DNA of 55,610 bases, filler included, from Bipalium vagum (Eukaryota), in the NCBI GenBank assembly GCA_037834085.1. It is 3 parts of 3 records of this genome, joined end to end, with 100 filler letters (N's around TTAATTAATTAA, not from the genome) between each part and the next. Parts side by side here need not be neighbours in the genome. Positions count along the whole stretch, not along the records: positions 37,521 to 55,610 come from JBBMKC010040965.1; 2 more parts are not named here. One strand, written 5' to 3'. Positions 50,521-55,610 of the stretch are shown in pieces (the first letter of the stretch is position 1; every line of letters starts with the position of its first letter). Below the pieces are notes generated by a model that was not told the origin of the DNA, made no database searches, and was given only the letters and a program-made list of their open reading frames with translations. Position numbers and translations under genes: made by a program.

Positions 50521-52543
50521 ATTTCGTTTTCTGCACTTCTCTTACTGTTATTTTCGTATTTGATTCCACTAACTATTTCAGTTGATCATCATACCTTTTA
50601 AACTAAAGTATACCATGATTCTGATTTCCAAGATTCCAAAATATTTTAACAAGCAATGAGTTGTGCGCTCTAAAACTGAAATTGTCCTATGCTTTGTTGA
50701 TAATTCGTGTTGAGTCTGTTGCATTATGGCCACGTTTAAATTTGTGAGATAGAATGGTGCGAAATTCATATTTAACCAATACTTAACTTCAATTCCTGAG
50801 ATTCACAAAATGTAATAATGTAAATGAACAATTATAATGATATTAAAAATAAATTTTAAATCTCCCATTTAATATATTTAACTAGGCAATTCAAACAATT
50901 CTTTTCTAAAACGAGGCATTCAAAAATAGTTACCAAAAAATCGATAATTTCAAAGGTAACAACCTATTATCATTTATAATAACAATTCTTTTTAGAAGAA
51001 TAACTTTAAAACTTTATTTATTTAATCAGGGAACACACTGAAAACTCATTGGGTTTTTAATTTCCCCGGTTTGTTAATTTTTAGTAGCGGATCTTTTATA
51101 ATAGAATAAAAATAATTCAATTTAAAGGAGATCAAATGGGGATTGTTTACAATAATAAAAAAGGAAGTACAGTGACAGTTCCAAAAGAGGAATTACATGG
51201 GAAAATTTTAATATTTTGTTCATTGGAATTGGTTAAGAATAATTTCTTATAAACTTCTTCCATGAAACCAAAATTAAATTATGTTTATCTACACTTTGGT
51301 GATAGGCTGAGACAGCTCTTGAATAAAAGCTGTAAAACCTATCAATGCTGTACCACAAAATTCTGTTGGACTCTTAATAAATAGAATGTCTTGAAGAGAA
51401 TATTTTTATACATCATTTATATTCTGATAATATAATATCTTCCGTTCATTGTCTTTTTTGAGTGTTGCAGAATTTCATAAATGGAAAACATTTGAAGTTT
51501 TTGATATTTCTAAAAGCGCGGTGTATCAGTTTTAACTATAAAACATTTTGTACGGTTTGAAATATGAAGGCCTCTCAGAGATGATAGACGATTATTGAAA
51601 ACAATTAATGTTTTTAAATGCCTTATAACAGTATGCATCAACACAATAATAACAAAGTCATTTAATGTAATTTTTTAAACCTTTTCCATTATAAATTATT
51701 AACATTTTTTAAAATTTTTTTTATTAAATATATGAATTACACATTTCATTCGTTTTGAAACGTGAGCAATTTCAGTCGATATCTATACTATCCTTTTAGA
51801 GCAATCTGATTAAGAAGTCAATAATTTGATCATGATACTTTTAAACATATGTGGGTTTTAATGTGGAACTTAGTGAAACATAACAATGAAGTTTTGTGGG
51901 CTTAAGTGTGTGTCAGGTTGCGTTTGAAATAGTAAGCTCTTCTGTAAGATTTGATATATCAATCTTTGGTTCCGGTCTCAAAAATTTAACTTATAAAAAA
52001 TTCATTTCAACTAAAATTTCCAGATCGAAATATAGGATGATTAGAAAGAAACATGTTGATTGATATAATATTATATAAATAATAAAATTAAATGAAGTAG
52101 CATATGGAAGTAACCAAGTTTTAAATTGTATATTTATATATTTATTTTATTAATAGTTGTTAAAGGCATAATAGAAGCAATGAAACAATCAATGAAAGAT
52201 AAAAATATAATATATATAACTTTAAATATGAAGGAAAATACGTGAAGTCTTTTGAAGTTTGCCGTCTCAAAATTTTAAATATTACTCTCATACCTGATCA
52301 ATGATATCAACGAGATCAACTTTCAAAATTGAAAACCGTTCTAATCTTTAAAATATATTGATTTTCTGAAATAAATAACTTTTTCAGATCAATTCTTATT
52401 ACATGTGAAACAAAATAGTATTTTATTTACAAACAGTAATGAGAAAAAAAATCCAATTGCCATATTTTGTTTTATATTCGAATGAGAGGCAAAAAGCTAA
52501 AATTAATTATATATATTAGGTAATAATTTAATTTATAAATTTA

Positions 52544-52781
52544 CAGTATTGTGAGAATTAATGTGAACACACAAAAATGTTTTCGTAGTTATGTCAAAAG
52601 CAGAGGCCATTTTGTTTTTTGTTGATATTTAATGAATCAAAAAGTTATGAAGACGTTTTTAAAGCCATCGGAGGAAATATTTCATATTAAAACTAAATTT
52701 AATACATTTTTCTTTGTTTATAACCAAAAAATGATTTAATGATATTATTCAGTTGTGTTCACATCAATTCGCACAATACTG
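52544..52781 (+). mobile_element. 238-bp Tc1-derived MITE / deletion derivative
   Basis: 27-bp TIRs CAGTATTGTGAGAATTAATGTGAACAC and GTGTTCACATCAATTCGCACAATACTG, with TA on both sides. The interior keeps a transposase tail, VFKAIGGNISY*. Confidence 0.85.
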
Positions 52782-53942
52782 TACAATATAAATTTATATA
52801 TTTATTTTAGTATAGTTTGATTATTATAATATTTTCGTAACTTTTCACTTATATTTTCTAGTGTTTTCCGATATGATAGAAAAACATTTTAAAAATAATT
52901 CAAATATATGGAGAAATACTTATTTCTATGTGACTTAATAAATAAACAGAGAATAATTAGATAATGAAATTTGATCAAATTATTTAACGAAGTTGAGTTA
53001 ATATTATGCCTTCATACATAAACACGTAATTCAAAGCCGCTTCTCTAATCTGAGGATTTTCCTTAAGACTTTTGACAAATGGTTTTCCCAGGCTCGAATT
53101 TGTTGATTTCTTTTTAAGGGTTTCTGCAAAAAGAAATTTAATATAAAGTTTTGGTAATTAAAAAGAAAAATATTTCATTTCATTTATTAATTTATGAATG
53201 TTAACGTTTTTATACAATTTGTGTTCATTATTTTATTGATTATTTTAATATCAGAAATAATATTTTTATTATCTTTTATATATTTTTAAAATGTTTTACA
53301 TTTTTTTTATTTTTACATTAAAATTAAAATTTTAATCTTGTGAACATAATCAGTTTATTTTTTAAATATACGTTACTTTTAGAATTGAAGATCAATTGTT
53401 TTTTAATTAAATTAATAATAATTAATAAAATAAATAATATCTAAAATCTTTATAAATATTTTTTCCATTCTTAAGATTAAAGAAAGTTTAACAAATGCTA
53501 TAAGAGACCTCCATTATAAATATGAGAAGGTCTAATTTAATTCTTTAATTTATAAATATAAAAAAATTATTATTAATCCGTTGATTTTTTTACTCAGTAT
53601 AATCGGTCTTCACAAATGATAATGATATGTTTGCCAGTCACCTATCAGATCAGTTATCAAATCTAATCATGGATTCTACCAAATTTTGGCAGAATAGGGA
53701 AGAGTTGTGGATGCTTGCTATTTGCATACAATAGCAAACAAATTATCCCTAGTTCCATTTAATGTCTATTTTAACACGTCTGTGCAAACCAACTCAACGC
53801 TCTACAAACTGGGAAGAGAATTGTCTAGCATGCAGGCCATATAAATTTATCAAATAAATGATAAATAATTAGTATTCATTTCTTGAATCTACTGATCACT
53901 ACTGACAATAATAGTCTCATCCTTTCTGCTGTCGTTCTGTAG

Positions 53943-54764
53943 ACCATGTATGTTAACAAAAGTATCACCAGTAGGTCCACAGCGTCTTCGTCCTCGATTG
54001 GCGCTCCTGGTGCAAAAGGAATGATGAATTCCTATTTCGCAAGCAAAGGAATTGATTTATCACCAACGAAAACCACTAATAGAAACAAGAAATTTCTAAC
54101 GAGCGCCAGACCTCCACCTCAAAAATCAATTCAAAAGCAAATCAGTCCGAAAATATTGGAAGGTATCAGAATTTATTTTACACGCAAAGTTGATCAGTTG
54201 AAAAATGAATTAATTTCCGTATTTCAGCTGGAAAAGGGCATCGTGATTTCTTTTCATCTTTACAAAACCGACAATGATTATTTTGAACTGACAGAGAGGC
54301 GACGTCTTTTGTTGTATCGATATTATGGACAAGGTAGTCAATTTGTACTGTTATATCTCAACCAGATGCATTTCGAACACTATTTGCCTGTTAACATTTG
54401 TGTCTTAAACAAGATTCTTCAGTCAAAGTCTGTGCTTCCGTTGTCAACCAATACCGGTTCCGGTAGAAAGTTTCTGTGCAAATCCAAATCCATGACGGCC
54501 GGTATTAGGCTCGTAAATTCATCAGTGAAACAAACTGAAACTAATTCGACAAACTCACTGAAAAGCAGTAACAGCAGCCAAAGTTCACCGCAATCGAGTG
54601 GTGCTCTCAATGAATTGTCTCAGAAAATAAAATCGTTCCATATTACCGACGATGGTGAACAAAACATTCGCCCTATAAGCTCAGTTTACTCAAAATCTTA
54701 TCCGCAAACTTTTGTACACAGTTGCTCAAAAGATCTCAATCCAGAAAAATCCGATCACAGTTGA
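53943..54764 (+). CDS. Terminal exon(s) of an unknown gene or pseudogene; Ser-rich tail, weak katanin p80 con80-like stretch
   Basis: 272-aa open frame after the acceptor TTCTGTAG (53942), with coding-like composition. It contains intron-like segments 54163-54227 and 54334-54365. The spliced reading ILEAGKGHRDFFSSLQNRQ..*QRGDV..LNKILQSK needs a frameshift and passes a TGA. Confidence 0.45.
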   Translation, partial: TMYVNKSITSRSTASSSSIGAPGAKGMMNSYFASKGIDLSPTKTTNRNKKFLTSARPPPQKSIQKQISPKILEGIRIYFTRKVDQLKNELISVFQLEKGIVISFHLYKTDNDYFELTERRRLLLYRYYGQGSQFVLLYLNQMHFEHYLPVNICVLNKILQSKSVLPLSTNTGSGRKFLCKSKSMTAGIRLVNSSVKQTETNSTNSLKSSNSSQSSPQSSGALNELSQKIKSFHITDDGEQNIRPISSVYSKSYPQTFVHSCSKDLNPEKSDHS

Positions 54765-55534
54765 ATTTCTATAAATTGAAAAATTAAAATAGATTTATTT
54801 TCGATTTTCGTAATATTGATTAACTTAAACAAAACTTTATTAATGGCTTAATTGAAGGTTATTTTCATAGAAATTGGTTGTGTTTAAGAAATTTCGAAAT
54901 AACATTTGGAATATTGCAAACACTTTAACCGTTTACATTTTTTTTCTTATATGTTGTACATTTATTTTCGATTTTGATTTTTAAGTTTATATTTATTCCA
55001 AATACAAATGAAAACGACTTCCAAAAAAAAAACATCAATACGAAAACCAAAAAGTGTTTTACTTTGTTAAAGACTTATTAATTCTTATTGAGTTTCTCTA
55101 TTTTGCTTCATGTCAGATTGAACATTTTATTTTCATATTGTAATATACATTTAGAAAAATGATATCAATATTTTACAAATAAATTTACTTTATGACATTG
55201 ATTTATAAGATTATAGTTTTTACAAGAAGTATTCTCATTCTATCATTTGAAGAAACAAAACAAAACATGTTATTACAGTAACAATAGGTAAGGGAAAATT
55301 AAACATTAAGTCATATTTTCTGTTCTTGAATCATTTTTAAAAGATGAATAAAGATTTCCAATTTAATGAATTTAAATAAATTTTAATAAATTTTAATTAA
55401 TTTTATAAATTTAAAATTTTTAAAAATTTTTTTTAATCAAAATTATTCTTAAATTAAGAAAAATTATTTATCATTATAATAATTTATAATTAATTATAAT
55501 TAATTTATAATTATTGATTTTTAAAATTTTACAA

Positions 55535-55552
55535 TTATTATTATTATTATTA

Positions 55553-55610
<58 letters not shown>
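55535..55610. repeat. (ATT)n microsatellite at contig end
   Basis: Near-perfect ATT array running to the window end. Confidence 0.97.

Larger units (their letters stand above)
45808..53860 (+). pseudogene. Decayed multi-exon gene relic, probably the upstream part of the 53943-54764 gene
   Basis: Exon-like blocks with splice sites and in-frame stops, e.g. about 46473-46538 (ENELTMENLDQRIL*MLNR*LQ), 47810-47917, 49435-49496 (GILNTITDYVG*YLPRKHVD), 50582-50811, 53478-53529 (IKESLTNAIRDLHYKYEK, clean) and 53752-53836. Confidence 0.35.

Noticed and set aside
7150-54764. Alternative genetic code (TAA/TAG=Gln or TGA=Trp) to explain the stop-rich exons
   Set aside because: The intact furry and tyrosinase genes have no internal stops and end in TGA and TAA. 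The relics also contain frameshifts and damaged splice sites.

Overview
Very AT-rich eukaryotic genomic DNA. It is most consistent with a planarian/triclad flatworm (inference from composition, (AAT)n tracts, 45-65 nt minimal introns and a secreted eggshell-type tyrosinase). The window is three contigs joined by artificial 100-nt linkers (N44-TTAATTAATTAA-N44 at 16159-16258 and 37421-37520). Two intact host genes were reconstructed by hand. The first is the 3' part of a furry/FRY gene (15 GT-AG exons, 17934-33362, about 970 aa, 5' part missing). The second is a complete 3-exon secreted tyrosinase (38632-40205, 490 aa). The rest is a transposon graveyard: two mariners, a Tc1/IS630-like element, a maT fragment, a Tc1 MITE, a Chapaev-like relic, an RLE non-LTR relic and Penelope-like pieces. 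Two decayed multi-exon gene relics are also present. The two most interesting items are non-coding and invisible in the ORF track. (1) A 381-bp TRIM-type mini LTR-retrotransposon (27188-27568; partial second copy at about 43050-43250) whose 126-bp LTRs each contain a tRNA-Ala-like Pol III module. (2) Minimal type I hammerhead-ribozyme motifs in the terminal repeats of a Penelope-like element inside a furry intron, where each copy carries a different inactivating lesion. No database searches were run; family names come from recalled motifs.
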